Positions 1 to 12,810 of a DNA stretch of 33,474 bases are shown piece after piece. Each line of letters starts with the position of its first letter. Position 1 is the first letter of the stretch. The stretch spans positions 136,504,001 to 136,537,474 of the forward strand of contig JANKJI020000004.1 in NCBI GenBank assembly GCA_024626585.2, read 5' to 3'. The notes below the pieces were generated by a model, which made no database searches, was not told the DNA's origin, and worked only from the letters and a program-made list of their open reading frames with translations. The position numbers and the translations under genes were made by a program. Source of the stretch: Ginkgo biloba. Its lineage: Eukaryota > Plantae > Ginkgophyta.

Positions 1-479
1 GGTCCTTTCTTAAAGCCTTTTGAGCCTTATTTTGGATTTAATTAAGGGCGCCTTAGTTTGGGGTCTATCTGAGGCTATAAATGAGGTTTTCAAGCGTTGT
101 TGTGTATTTACACAACATATACCTTTATCTTTTCAAAAGGAAATGTGACACAATTTTTCCATATAGGAGGAACAAAAGTGAAAGCAAGTGTAAGTTAGAG
201 TGAAACACGCTTAAGAGGAAAATAAAATTACTTGATATCCATTACCTTGATAAGTATATGTGAGAAATTAAGAGAACAAATTGCTCATAAAAATAAGGGA
301 CATAATTAACTATAAGAGAAATAGGGACACCCATAATTTAATATCACACTAAGTAGTTAATGATGGCATATAAAATTGTGTGACTATAGAAGGAAAGACA
401 AGNNNNNNNNNNATACCCAACAAAGGCAATCTCTTTACTCTCAATAGAAGAAGAACCTACAAATCTAAAGGAGACCATA

Positions 480-1790
480 AAGTAGACTCCATAAATTAAC
501 TCATGAGAAAAGGAATATTATGAGTTGTAACTAGTTTTTGTACTTGCAAATCCTTAAGAAAAATATTTTTTAAGGAAGGTAATATGTAATAAACTCCATC
601 ATTTAAGAGTTGATAGACATTATTTTAATATTCATATCTTGCATCCCTACAAATGGATAGGACTTACCCAAAAGTATCCCATTAGAACCCATGTTAACCA
701 CATTGTAAGTCATTATATCGATAAAAGAATGATTACAAACTTCAATGTGTATTTTCTTATGACTTTACTACTATGAACATTGCTCTACCATCCAAGATTA
801 TAAGGACAACTATGAGTTTCTATAGGAAAATTTTAACTTTACAACCAAACTTTGAGAAATCAAAATTTTCATGGAACTATTATAAAAAAGGAAGTGAACT
901 AAACAATCTTTTACCTGTGTTCAATGAATGAATAAACTCTATCAATCATTTTAGTTGAAAGAATGCATCATGAGCATGAAGTTAGTATCAACCTCTCTCT
1001 ACTCTAAAATGTCTAATATTTTCTTATCCTTATTACCAACAAGAGTTTGGGTTGAAATATTTGTGTCTGAGTACCATTACTCTAGTTTTACACATGTTGA
1101 CAATTGCTATCAAAGTATTTTTTAAATGGTGGTACAATGGAATAATCACCTTTATTTGTTGGATATGAAGTAGAAGAAGGGAATTTTGAACTCTTCTACA
1201 TCCCTTGATATGTTGTGGGAAAAAAACTATAAAATAAGACAAAGAAGGACTCCCTTTTGCAAATCAAACTTTTACTTTCAAGGCATAATTAAAAATTGCA
1301 TCTAGAGATTCAATATTAAATAAGTCAAGCTCTTGTTCATAATGATGATAAATGCCACTGTAAAATTTTAAAGTTATACCTTTTGAGAATCTTAAACAAA
1401 TTTAATACATAAATTATTAACATGATTAGGATAATTCATTATGTATTGGCCTTTTTCTTAATGAATATATTACCACTTCTTCATTAAATTGTCTATGAAT
1501 TTAAGAGGATAAAAGTATTCTATAAACAATATTTTCCATTGCTTCTAATTAGTGATGGGTTGATTGTTTAATTTTTCATACACTATAAAATGTGCCTCCC
1601 ACCCATTAAGTTTAACTCTTGCCATTTTTAACTTGACAAACTTGAAATTTTAAGAATTAATATAACCTCAATAATTGAAATGAGGTTCAAGATTCCTTTG
1701 CTAAATATCCACTAAATCATCACCAAACACATCGTCATAATTAGAACTTGCCATCTTGGCATCCACCTTGATGGAATAGGGTTATAACTA
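480..1790 (-). mobile_element. Degenerate Ty3/gypsy LTR-retrotransposon gag-zinc knuckle-aspartic protease relic (chromovirus/CRM-like)
   Basis: Minus-strand manual translation gives KVDAKMASSNYDD..VDI*QRNLEPHF..KFVKLKMARVKLNGWEAH..PITN*KQWKILFIEYFYPLKFIDNLMKKW*YIH*EKGQ..FYSGIYHHYEQELDLFNIESLD (gag, ~1770-1290). A decayed CCHC-like segment lies near 1070-1110. It continues SLFIH*TQVK..FFYNSSMKILISQSLVVKL/FPIETHSCPYNLGW*..FIDIMTYNVVNMGSNGILLGKSY..RDARYEY*NNVYQLLNDG (protease, ~950-597). This resembles the gypsy FDSGSQ.NLIS..HP.PY.LGW..DVV...ILLG.PY pattern. Many stops and frameshifts. Confidence 0.8.
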
Positions 1791-2222
1791 AGGTAGATAA
1801 GAAGACAGACTGGACCAATTTGTTGCAAGGGGGATATGGATAAAATTTTACATTAATACATCATGTTGCCCCTTTATTTTCATCATTCTTTAATTTTCTT
1901 CTTGAACCTTTTTTGTAGACTTTATTTTTAATTGGATTAGTTAATATATAAGAGAAGTAAGATCTCAATCAAAACATCCAAATATTAGTGCTTTTCTAGT
2001 ATACATCTCAGGTGACTTAGATATATTCCATGTGAGATATATCTATTTAAATAATGTTAAATAACCACAATAAGATAGGAAGACAGTTTGAAGAAAACTA
2101 GAGATAAAAACTAAGTTAGATANNNNNNNNNNNNNNNNNNNNNNNNNNNNNNNNNNNNNNNNNNNNNNNNNNNNNNNNNNNNNNNNNNNNNNNNNNNNNN
2201 NNNNNNNNNNNNNNNNNNNNNN

Positions 2223-2935
2223 CATTATATCTATATATATATATATATATATTATTATATGTATAGATATAGATATTATGGATATCTATATATACATATA
2301 ATATATAGATATATATTCATAGATATATACATTATATTACTATAGATCTATATATTTTCAGATGTTATAGATAATATCATATATATATCAATTTATATGA
2401 TATAATATATATCTATATTGATATTATTTATATAGATAATATCAATATAGATAGATATTATATATATCTATTATCTAGTATTATATATCTACCTATCAAT
2501 CTATATCTATATCTAATTATATATAGATATGTATAATTTATATTGATATATATATATATATATATAAATATCTATCTAATATATGATATAGATATAATAT
2601 CTATATTCTCTATATAATATCTAATAGATTTATATATATATATATATTAAATATATCTATGTATCTAGATAATATAATATCTAATTTAACAGATAAGATA
2701 TATATTAATATCTATATTATAAAGATATATATATAATAACTATATCTATAATATAATATTATCTATATTATAATTATATCTAGCTATACCTATAAATAAT
2801 TATATATAGATATAGTAATAAGTATTTAATTATTAGATCTATATGGATATAAATCTATTGATAAATATTTATATTAAATCTAGATAGATTATTTATATTA
2901 TCTATGGATTATATATATATATATATATATATATC
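2223..2935. repeat. Degenerate (TA)n low-complexity tract
   Basis: About 710 bp almost entirely A/T, with pure (TA)n runs (e.g. ~2232-2252, ~2547-2565, ~2910-2934) interspersed with ATAGATAT/ATATCTAT variants. Confidence 0.9.
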
Positions 2936-5229
2936 TGATGGTATGGTTATTAAATACATAATAGTTATGTGATGAAGTTCTTCGATAATTGATGTGAATT
3001 TACATAGTAGTATATAATGGTGATGGTATTAGTGTCTGATTTATAAGATATGATAAATAGTAAGTCTCTATGGATCCTTTAGTAGATAAGCTAGTCATAA
3101 CCTATATGGAGTGAGGTAGAGCTAGACTTATGACCTATAGAGTTAATAAGATTAGGGGAACATAATGGTTCCCTTGCTAAAGAGTATAAATCAAATAAGA
3201 ATACTTCTATATATCCTTGTAGTAGGATTTTAAAATTAGTAAGAACAACCCAAACAATACTAAGAAACTTGGTCAAAATATTTTTATTAATATTTCTAAT
3301 AAGAGTCACTTAAACATAGGATAATAGATAGCTAAGGAAAATTGTGTATAATGTTAATGTAGTCTATCATTATGTAAATAATATACATTGAATTATGTAT
3401 ATGTTGATTATGTCTTAAGGCATAATAAGATAATAAATATATAAAGGATAAATCTTCATATTAGGTTGAAGAAACTAGAATCATAAGAGAAACAAGTAGC
3501 CAACAATATTTATGATAATAAGAAAATAATGCCCAAGTATGAGAAAATAAATAAAACCAATTATTAATAAACATATAACTTAAAATACATCATAATTTTA
3601 TGAGTGAAGGTACTAAAATTAGTCATGTTATATAAATTAGGAACACCAAAACAACATGTACCTCATACGCACATTAGTTATAATCAAGGGTGACATAATC
3701 TAGCACCATATCTAAGAGAATTAATAAATATTTTAATTGATTGAGTATGACACATGTTCACAATAGGCACACATTATAATTGACCATGTAGTATACATTT
3801 TAAACTCATATATGTACCATAATGTGAGAATCCCATCCTAGTAATCTAGCACTATCTAATTAAAGGTACATATTGTAGGGNNNNNNNNNNNNNNCATCAA
3901 CTATTAACTTAATTTTCTAAGTCCATTGATAGTAAAATATTTTGTAGAACATGTACTTCACATGCAAAAATAAATAATACAAGTGATACATAAGCTAAAA
4001 GAGTGAAACATTGGTTAATACATATCAAAGGACCACTTATGCACTTCCAAACTCTAATAATGGAATCTTCTCATGCTTGTCAAATAAGTGAAACACATGC
4101 CCTCGAGGGTGTGGCACAATGATCATAGATTTGGGTGGATACCCACTGGATCATAGTTCTACTCCCCTTGTATTCATCCCCCNNNNNNNNNNTGTATGGG
4201 AAAATGTTGTGGGGATTTGGGATGAGGGGTAGGCCCATCCTTAAACCTCTCTCTCGACGAGGAAAACTAGCTTCGCATACTGGTACCCTAAGCCTAAAAA
4301 AAAGAATAGTGAAACACATACAACTTTTACCATGGTCAATGCCTCTTTGTTTTTACCTATGCTTAATGGATAAATTAATGAGGAATAATATATATTCACC
4401 TAAGAGTGCATTTAGAAGGCAATATAAGTCATCACAATGTAATTAAATAGAGATAATTTGTCATGACATGACACATACTAGTCTAAGATTGGTACCATTA
4501 GACTAATGATGAGCAACAAGATGAAAATTTTTATTTGATCTAGACAACCCTTTATAACTAGACCTATAGATAGTTTATTGTCCATTTTAGAGGAAAACAC
4601 ACATGGAGGGAAGTACGATATTCCTTTCTAAAAAAAAATTATTGAGTCAAATCTAGGTTTAGAAGATTAACCTNNNNNNNNNNNNNNNNNNNNNNNNNNN
4701 NNNNNNNNNNNNNNNNNNNNNNNNNNNNNNNNNNNNNNNNNNNNNNNNNNNNNNNNNNNNNNNNNNNNNNNNNNNTTAATGAGAATAACTTCATATACAT
4801 GAAATTGTTACAACATTATGTGGCATTCCATATAACCAATATATGCATCTTAATACAAATCAACAACTTATGAACTAGTTAAAGGTAAAGTAGGGACTAA
4901 TTGAACTATATACCATATTGTCAATTAATCCCAATTCTCAGATATAAATTATTTTTAAGTAAATGCTATGAATTACTTCAAATCCTAAGATGAGAGGATA
5001 TGATATCCTATACATGAATAGGAGGTAATACCTAATATCAAANNNNNNNNNNNNNNNNNNNNNNNNNNAAAAAATAATACGATCAACAAGCACAAGAGAA
5101 TATCACTAGTGTATCTCAAAATATACTAGATAAAGATTGTTATAAGGCCCAAATACTAAATCTCAACACTAAAATTAAGATGCAAAATATTAAGATTAGG
5201 ATTATTAGAATGAATCCACTTTAACCTAA

Positions 5230-5907
5230 GCATAAATGTTATTTTAATAATTTATAAATGTTTTTTCTTGGACTTATAAAAGCCTCAACAACATTTCAAA
5301 AAAAAATAGTCAGTTTCACATTGAGCTTAAGAAAAGTACTAACCCTATCAAGTAGTGGCCATACCAAATGAACCTATATTTAATAAAGGTAGTACAAATA
5401 AAAATTATGAAATTATTATAAGAGTAGAGTAAGTAGTCATTACCAATGATAATCACTCAGAAGAATAATGGCATATTATGCATTTATGTGGACTTAAAAA
5501 AATTAAATAATGAAACTAAATAGGATCCATTCCTAGCTCCTTTCACAGATAAAATTTAAATAGTGTCATTAAAATAGATAACTATTCCTTTATAGATATT
5601 TTTTCTAGTTACAACCAAGTATAAATTCACCCTAATGATCAATTAAAAACCATATTCATAACTGAATGGGGATCATACACCTACCAAATAATGCCATTCA
5701 CACTAATAAATGTAGTCATTTTATTTTCAAGGATAATTGCTCTAGTCTTAAATGAATTACATCCACAAGTTCTTGGAAATATATATAAATGATTGGTCTG
5801 TATTTATATTTATCCATAAATAAATGACATATTTAATACTTATATTATAGTGATGTAGAGAGTCTAGAATCTCTCTAAAATATATCAAATGATAATTAAT
5901 GACATTA
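5230..5907 (+). pseudogene. Degenerate Ty3/gypsy reverse transcriptase (pol fragment)
   Basis: Reads NVFSWTYKSL..FHIELK..NPIK*WPYQMN..LPMIITQKNNGILCIYVDLKKLNNETK*DPFLAPFTD..YSFIDIFSSYNQV*IHPNDQLKTIFITEWGSYTYQIMPFTLIN..FLEIYINDWSV..CRESRISL. This corresponds to gypsy RT motifs KKNGKLRICVD.RKLN..TKKDP.PLPF, DGFSGYNQ, KTTF.TEWG, MPFGLKN and Y.DD (YIND at 5782-5793). The 4800-5230 stretch may be decayed protease/linker (weak). Confidence 0.9.
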
Positions 5908-6007
5908 NNNNNNNNNNNNNNNNNNNNNNNNNNNNNNNNNNNNNNNNNNNNNNNNNNNNNNNNNNNNNNNNNNNNNNNNNNNNNNNNNNNNNNNNNNNNN
6001 NNNNNNN

Positions 6008-7859
6008 TTCATAATTCATATGTTCCTTACTATGTACTTTAGTCTCCCATTTGATTTGATAAAAAGTAAGCTTGGGTAAACACCACACTCATCATGAAAT
6101 AAGTTTGGGTAATGAATCTATTGCAATGAATATGACTAAACTATAATTTTTCTTCCTTAAATAATAGATTGGTTTGTAGAATTTTTTTGTATGTTCAAAG
6201 CATTATATATATAAACCTATTAATTTTATCCATATGGGATGGGATCTTTATGGTGTCAAGGATGGTCATATTGACAAGGTATTTCAATAGGTCTTGGGCA
6301 ATACTATATTCAATAAAGGTGTTTAGGTTGGTCCCAATGTCCTACTTGTGAGGATGAGTATTTCTTACTAGAGGTGGTCTATTTTTAGAATCTATTATAA
6401 TATAAAAAGTTATATTATTTCTTCCTTTATCTTCATTACTTTCCTTATTTCGGGCAATTCTACTCCTTATTGAAACCATAAGATCAACATTAGATTCATT
6501 AAACTATTGATCCATATTGATCATCTTTGAATGGGACCAACTAGTAGCTATTAGGGTGTTTGATGAGGAGGATATATGCTACTCTTCTTATCCATTAATT
6601 GGAGGGAATTATTATAAGGTAATGTGGGGATATTTTTCTTGTTTCTCTTCAATGGATCTTCCTACCATTATCACATTCATAAGTGGAGGGATAAGTTTGA
6701 TCTTTTGATTCAGATTCTTATTTCTTGGAAAGATCATTCTTATTTCGGTACCTTCTTGTCCAAATCATTATTGTCTCTTTAGGACAATAATATAATTTTT
6801 TATATTTTTGAGTATGGATAGGGNNNNNNNNNNNNNNNNNNNNNNNNNNNNNNNNNNNNNNNNNNNNNNNNNNNNNNNNNNNNNAGACTAGCGGGATTTA
6901 CTTTACCATCTTTAAGGAGTCTTTCTTTAATGACTTAGGTTATCCTCTTGATATAAATTAGGCTAATAAGAGTCTTATCTTCTATCACATATCTCATATC
7001 AACATTGAAAACATCCATATACCAATAAAAATAAGTAGGCCTATAGTCCTATTTCATGTCATCATGAAAATTAGTAAACCTTGTAATTATAGTCAACTAT
7101 TGACTCCTTAACCCCTTTTTTCATATGAGATAATTANNNNNNNNNNNNNNNNNNAAGTGATGGAGGTTTTAACATTTTTATATTTTTATCTTAAGGTTTC
7201 AAGTAGGGTGTCCTAATATGTAATTTACCCAATAGTAAGAGACTAGAACTAGGTAATAACTTCTCCCTTTAGAGTCTAGGAAAATAAACTAATTGCTATA
7301 TTTTTGGAAGTGACATTTAGAGTCTCATAGGCTAAAGAAAAGGTAACAAGATGCAATTCAATAATAACCAAAATGTTCCCTTTAAAATGAGGGAATATAT
7401 CCAAGGATCTATCTAAAATTTAGTCATTATTGGTTGCTATATTTAGAGGTCCAAGAGTTCTCCAAGGTTAGTCCATGACTTGAGCAAATTATTATTGTAA
7501 GTTTTGAACATGGATAGGGAAATAATGGATAATATAGGCAATGAAATTTCCCTTTTCAACTTGGAATGCATGAGATCTAAAATAGGTTGATGGAAAATAA
7601 ATGAATCTCCTTAAATTTAAGCTAGAGTTTTATGATGTATAAGGGAGAGAAAAAACTACGAAAAAATAAGAGATAAACGAGGAGGAATCTACCTCAGGCC
7701 TAGATTTTTTATCTTCCTCTTATTTTTTATTTCTCCTTGAGCCTCTCAACAACTCATCCTAAAATTCACAAGCTTGATACAACCTTGCTAAAGTATTGCA
7801 TGTGATTGTGTAGGCTCTTCTTGAACATTTATCATCTTCAACCAACTTTACTTGCTTGG
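6008..7859 (-). pseudogene. Degenerate Ty3/gypsy (Tat-like) gag plus linker and aRH remnant, family T copy 1
   Basis: Minus strand reads DIFPHFKGN..HLVTF..NVTSKNIAISLFS*TLKGEVIT*F*SLTIG*ITY*DTL (Retrotrans_gag-like), MKKGVKESIVDYN..YWYMDVFNVDMRYVIEDK..KRI..KERLLKDGKVNP and EYSIAQDLLKYLVNMTILDTIKIPSHMDKI. It is collinear and homologous with 21800-23330 on +. Confidence 0.8.
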
Positions 7860-8476
7860 NNNNNNNNNNNNNNNNNNNNNNNNNNNNNNNNNNNNNNNNN
7901 NNNNNNNNNNNNNNNNNNNNNNNNNNNNNNNNNNNNNNNNNNNNNNNNNNNNNNNNNNNNNNNNNNNNNNNNNNNNNNNNNNNNNNNNNNNNNNNNNNNN
8001 NNNNNNNNNNNNNNNNNNNNNNNNNNNNNNNNNNNNNNNNNNNNNNNNNNNNNNNNNNNNNNNNNNNNNNNNNNNNNNNNNNNNNNNNNNNNNNNNNNNN
8101 NNNNNNNNNNNNNNNNNNNNNNNNNNNNNNNNNNNNNNNNNNNNNNNNNNNNNNNNNNNNNNNNNNNNNNNNNNNNNNNNNNNNNNNNNNNNNNNNNNNN
8201 NNNNNNNNNNNNNNNNNNNNNNNNNNNNNNNNNNNNNNNNNNNNNNNNNNNNNNNNNNNNNNNNNNNNNNNNNNNNNNNNNNNNNNNNNNNNNNNNNNNN
8301 NNNNNNNNNNNNNNNNNNNNNNNNNNNNNNNNNNNNNNNNNNNNNNNNNNNNNNNNNNNNNNNNNNNNNNNNNNNNNNNNNNNNNNNNNNNNNNNNNNNN
8401 NNNNNNNNNNNNNNNNNNNNNNNNNNNNNNNNNNNNNNNNNNNNNNNNNNNNNNNNNNNNNNNNNNNNNNNNNNNN

Positions 8477-10070
8477 ATATACTATTCTAAAATTATATAG
8501 ATGGTATAATTATACTAATTAGACAACTCATTCATAATAACATATTAAAACTTGCACACTTATAATACTCACTAACATCAGTAGATGAATATGAAAGAAT
8601 AAGAGAATTTTAATTAATAAGAAATGAGGATTCTAGAACCTATATTATAGCATAACTAAAAATAGAAGGATTAAAAATTCTATTTTTATTACCAAAATAG
8701 ATCCTATTTGGGATTATTTATCTAGAACTTACTACTTCCTGATGCCAATATATAGCTATAATATTACAACCAGAAAGATAACACTAGAAAAAACAAATAT
8801 TAGTTGAAGAAAATATAGATATCCTATGATATAAGTTCCCTCCCCATTTTACAATAAAAACTTATCCCCAATTTATTTGTTTCTCCTCTTAGTGGTTCAT
8901 GCCCTTAACATCTCCCTAAAATCTACTTCCTAATGGCAATGGATTCCTCTTCAATTTATTCTTTATGGCCCATCGATGATCCTGCAATTTCCATATTTAC
9001 TCTAATGTACCTCCCTCCTTTGGCCGTCATGAATCCTCCTCCTTATAAATGTACAGTTTCATTGTGATAGTCTTATACAAAAATGGACTCCCCTTAAAGA
9101 TACATGTAAGATCTAGCTAAAACCTATGCCTCATGCAAGTAGAAATAACATGACACCTTAAATGTGGATTCCATCACTTAACTTTGTGTTAGGTGCATGT
9201 ACATTTCTTTAGATTTGAGGCATATAGAGGGGCCATCACATTTATTACTTATATCTAAAACATGAAATGTATATGAGCTAGGATTTATCACATCCTAATA
9301 GCACATGTGTCAATAGTATTGGTCCTTCAAGGATCTCCATTTGTTTGGTATTCACCTTTGATAACTTATGAGTTGGAAAACCTAAACTCCTAAACTCTGA
9401 TCATCACCCTTATGAGGCTCAGATGTGATTCTCTAATGAATTGAATTTAACCTCTCTATTTAGGTTTATGACATTCAAGAGTTTTTAATGAGGATGTCAT
9501 ATCCTCACCTATACTAACTAGATTTCCTTGAAAGCCAAAACCCAAACTTTAGATTTGAATGGGAACATGGCTTAATTACCTTTTCTTTTATTTTTGGGTT
9601 TGCAGAGTCTCAATATTTCTTTAGAGAAAAGAATTTGGGGGTGTTTCACTTATTCTCTCAAACTCTCAAATTATCAAATGGAGGACATCTCCTTTATTTA
9701 CTCATTTTTAATTTACTATCAATTCTATGAATTTTTGGGAATTTGACTTATTTAAAACATGAGGTATGACATCCTTTTTTGAAGTCCAAACTCCAAAACT
9801 TGAACTACATTCACTTGAATAATCTCCTCCTAGGTATATGATATTCAATTATAGAATGAGGCTTATCATGGGGTATTGAGGATTTCCTTAAATATATTTG
9901 ACTAGGTTTTAAGTCTGTGACACTTTAGGGTTTTATTAATCAATGACCTTGGATGTGGTCCACTAATTTCCTTAACTCCCAAAAAATCAAACTTCACCCC
10001 TTTACCAATAATCTTATTTTAGGGTTCACACTATTGACATAGAAAAATGTGGAGTGGGACTTTAAAGTTT
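8477..10070 (-). repeat. LTR-like region of family T, upstream of the minus-strand gag
   Basis: 8830-9900 is the reverse complement of a diverged copy at ~31900-32790 (shared CCATATTTACTCTA, CCTCCTCCT.ATAAAT, TTCACC.TTGATA.CTTATGAG). 8480-8820 weakly matches the reverse of 32790-33300. It lies on the same scaffold as the gag and in the orientation expected of a 5' LTR. Confidence 0.7.
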
Positions 10071-10170
10071 NNNNNNNNNNNNNNNNNNNNNNNNNNNNNN
10101 NNNNNNNNNNNNNNNNNNNNNNNNNNNNNNNNNNNNNNNNNNNNNNNNNNNNNNNNNNNNNNNNNNNNNN

Positions 10171-11866
10171 GATTTAAACAATCACTTAAGTCCCAAGATA
10201 CCCCATTTTCTCAGCTAGTAGCAAAATTTAACTTGAAAAAATTCAAAACTTTTGATTATCTAGAATACCCTTCATATTGTTATAAGGAACTCATTCTCAA
10301 AGAGTGCCCCCATTTATGAATTATTAGAGGTGTCAAAATCTAACACCATACATGTTAATATAGATAGTTTTTTGGGGATCTTAATTTGTTTGAGGTTCAC
10401 CCTTGATACCTTATGAGCCAAAAAGCCTAAAATCTTAAACTCTAATTATAACCCCTATAAGTTCCAGATGCAAACCTTCAATGAATTTCTTTTAACCTAT
10501 CCATTTGGTTCTGTGGTGTTCAATATTTTCAAAGGGGGATGTCAAATCCTCACCTCTTCTCACTATATTTCCTCAAACCCCGAAACCCGATCTTTAGATT
10601 TAAGTGGGCACATGGATTAATTGCCTTTTATTTTATTTTTGCGTCTATGGAGGCTCAAGATTTCATTGGAGGAAAGACTTTGGGCATGTTCCACTTCTTT
10701 TTTTAAACTCCCAAATTCTTGAATGCCTGAATGGAAGACATCCCCTTTAATTTATTTCTTTTTAATTTTCTCTCAAGTCCACGACTTTTGGGGGTTTCAA
10801 CTCATTTGAAACACTGGGCGTGATATCCTTTTTTGAAGTCTGAACTCTAAAATCCAAACTACATACACTTGCATGATCTCCTCTCGGGTTCACATTGTTG
10901 ACGTGTGACATGAGGCTTATCATGGGGTCTCGAGCTTCCCTTAACTGTATTTAACNNNNNNNNNNNNNNNNNNNNNNNNNNNNNNNNNNNNTATTAAGGG
11001 AAGGTGTCATTTAAAAGCTCGAACTTTAAAAAACTCAAAAGTCCGAAAGGATTTATTTATTCGAGGAAGAAGTTCTAGCGAGACTTTAAATTCTAGGATC
11101 CTCTTTTCACTATATTTCATTAATATTTTGGGTGTATGACATCTCATGATTTGTTTAGAAAAATACTTCAAGCATGTTCACTTTGTCTTCCTGAAACTCC
11201 CAAAACCCAAAAATCTAAAATTTGAATTTACCTTATTTATATTTCATTGGGCATGGTACTTTGGTGTTTTTTTGGAGAGGGTGATATTGAGAAACTTGAA
11301 CCTATAAAATCCCAAACACTTAAAAGTCCCTACATCACTCCCTCTCTAAACAAGGGACTACTTTTTCAACCTAAGGATTTAAGGTACCACTTGAATAAAA
11401 ATATTTTCTTATATATCATTTTAAAGGCTTGGCAACATTTGTAAAGTGGGAATCTTAGGGAATTTTCAAGTGGTTTGTGGCCTTGGGTGGATTTTATTCC
11501 CTAGACCTAGTGCAAGAGTTTCTCTCACTTTCTATTCCCTTAGTTGATCTAATCTCCTTTAATATTTGACATAGTATTCACTTGATTCCATATAAAGAAC
11601 AACATTATGAGCAACTCAACTTTCTTATAGGTTAATACATCTATGGAGGATGATATCGAGAGTTTTGCTAGAAGGATCTAACAAGGATTAGATGCATTGA
11701 AGTACACCAGGTGTATTTCTAAGTATTAGTAAGAAATAAAACTGATGGAGAAATAAGACATGATAATAATTTATAGGGACAATCCTACCATGGGGAGCAA
11801 TTAGCTAAAGGAAAAATTGAAAAAGAAAACAAAAATAAATAGGGTACCTAAGATGGGGGGTTAACA
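10171..11866 (-). repeat. Second diverged copy of the family T LTR-like region, ending in a probable LTR terminus
   Basis: 10315-10955 aligns collinearly with 9270-9902. The segment ends GGGTACCTAAGATGGGGGGTTAACA (reverse complement TGTTAACCCCCCATCTTAGG, a TG-start typical of LTRs), immediately before gypsy RNase H coding sequence. Assignment of 11000-11866 to the same LTR is inferred. Confidence 0.6.
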
Positions 11867-11884
11867 TGGTTAAAACTACTCTAA

Positions 11885-12641
11885 TGTAAAGAAATGATTG
11901 ATATGATCAAATTAAATATCTTATAATATATAATATTATAATTTTTAAATTCTAATATTAAGTTCCATGTTTATCTGATTTCTTCTTCTACTATAATAGT
12001 GGTTTTTATGAACCCAGGGAAGGAAAAATTAACAATCTAATATATTACACAAGATAAAGACTCAATAAAGAAAAAATAAATTATACCAAAATAAATTTCA
12101 ACGCATTAATAATGGTGTATTCTATAAAAATATTCTAAAATTATTTATTGGGCCATGCCTTTGAATTTTACATAATCATTAAGATCACAGGATTATCCTC
12201 TTTTAGGAGTATTATTTTAAAATATTTATGAAACTAGAAATGTATCATTAACAAATATCAGATAATAAAGAAATTTAGATGAATTTTGAGATACTAACTT
12301 ATTCTACCTACTCATGGTGCTAACCACTTGTGTCAAATTATGGAAATCCTTTCATAAACAATAAGACTATTGGAAATCTCATTACCACAATGAAAATAAT
12401 TAACATAATAGGACATGACATACACATTAATAAGAGGACACCTATAGAAAATAAAAAAAGAATGAAATCCTCAAGAATTGCATAATTCCCAAAGAGATAA
12501 TTCACATAATCTATGATATGCATGGAGGTTTATTATAAAGACACTATTGAAGATAGTTCACAATAATAAAAGTATTACTCATAGGTTTATCGAGGCCTAT
12601 AATTTTTAACAACACTCATTAATAAGACAAGCGGTGTGATG
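11885..12641 (+). pseudogene. Degenerate Ty3/gypsy RNase H plus integrase zinc-finger (HHCC) region
   Basis: CKEMIDMIKLNIL*YIIL*FLNSNIKFHVY..EPREGKINNLIYYTR*RLNKEKINYTKINFNALIMVYSIKIF*NYLLGHAFEFYI resembles FHVHVDAS..QPGEG.IDHPIY.ASRKL..AE.NYTTTEREGLAMVY..KFRHYLLG. EILKNCIIPKEIIHIIYDMHGGLL*RHY*R*FTIIKVLLIGLSRPIIFNNTH**DKRCD resembles H.G..GGHY.G..T..KVL.AG.WWPT.F..A..Y.K.CD. Confidence 0.9.
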
Positions 12642-12810
12642 NNNNNNNNNNNNNNNNNNNNNNNNNNNNNNNNNNNNNNNNNNNNNNNNNNNNNNNNNNN
12701 NNNNNNNNNNNNNNNNNNNNNNNNNNNNNNNNNNNNNNNNNTTGGATTTGTTAATCCGCTTCTACTGTAATTCCAACAACAAATCCTCCAGCAACCGAAC
12801 AGGTGCATCA

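Noticed and set aside
98-117. 8-bp hairpin TGTTGTGT-ATTT-ACACAACA
   Set aside because: Too short to exceed chance in 33 kb.
480-600. Plus-strand chromodomain end, PPT and LTR start (CCTTAAGAAAAAT..AAGGAAGGTAATA-TGTAAT)
   Set aside because: The minus-strand protease frame reads straight through (NDGVYYILPSLK..QVQKLV), which explains the segment better, and no LTR follows.
4135-4446. 103-aa ORF as a host gene
   Set aside because: No recognisable domain, contains Ns, and no splice or codon evidence.
7806-8522. Long ORFs of 212-238 aa, and similar X-filled ORFs at 25628-26299 and elsewhere
   Set aside because: They consist of N runs translated as X and are artefacts.
9270-10955. True ~1045-bp tandem duplication
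   Set aside because: The copies are clearly diverged and separated by a 100-N spacer, so they may be independent loci; tandem arrangement is unsupported.
11867-11880. PBS after AACA (TGGTTAAAAC)
   Set aside because: Only TGGT matches, and RNase H-region coding sequence follows rather than a 5'UTR and gag.
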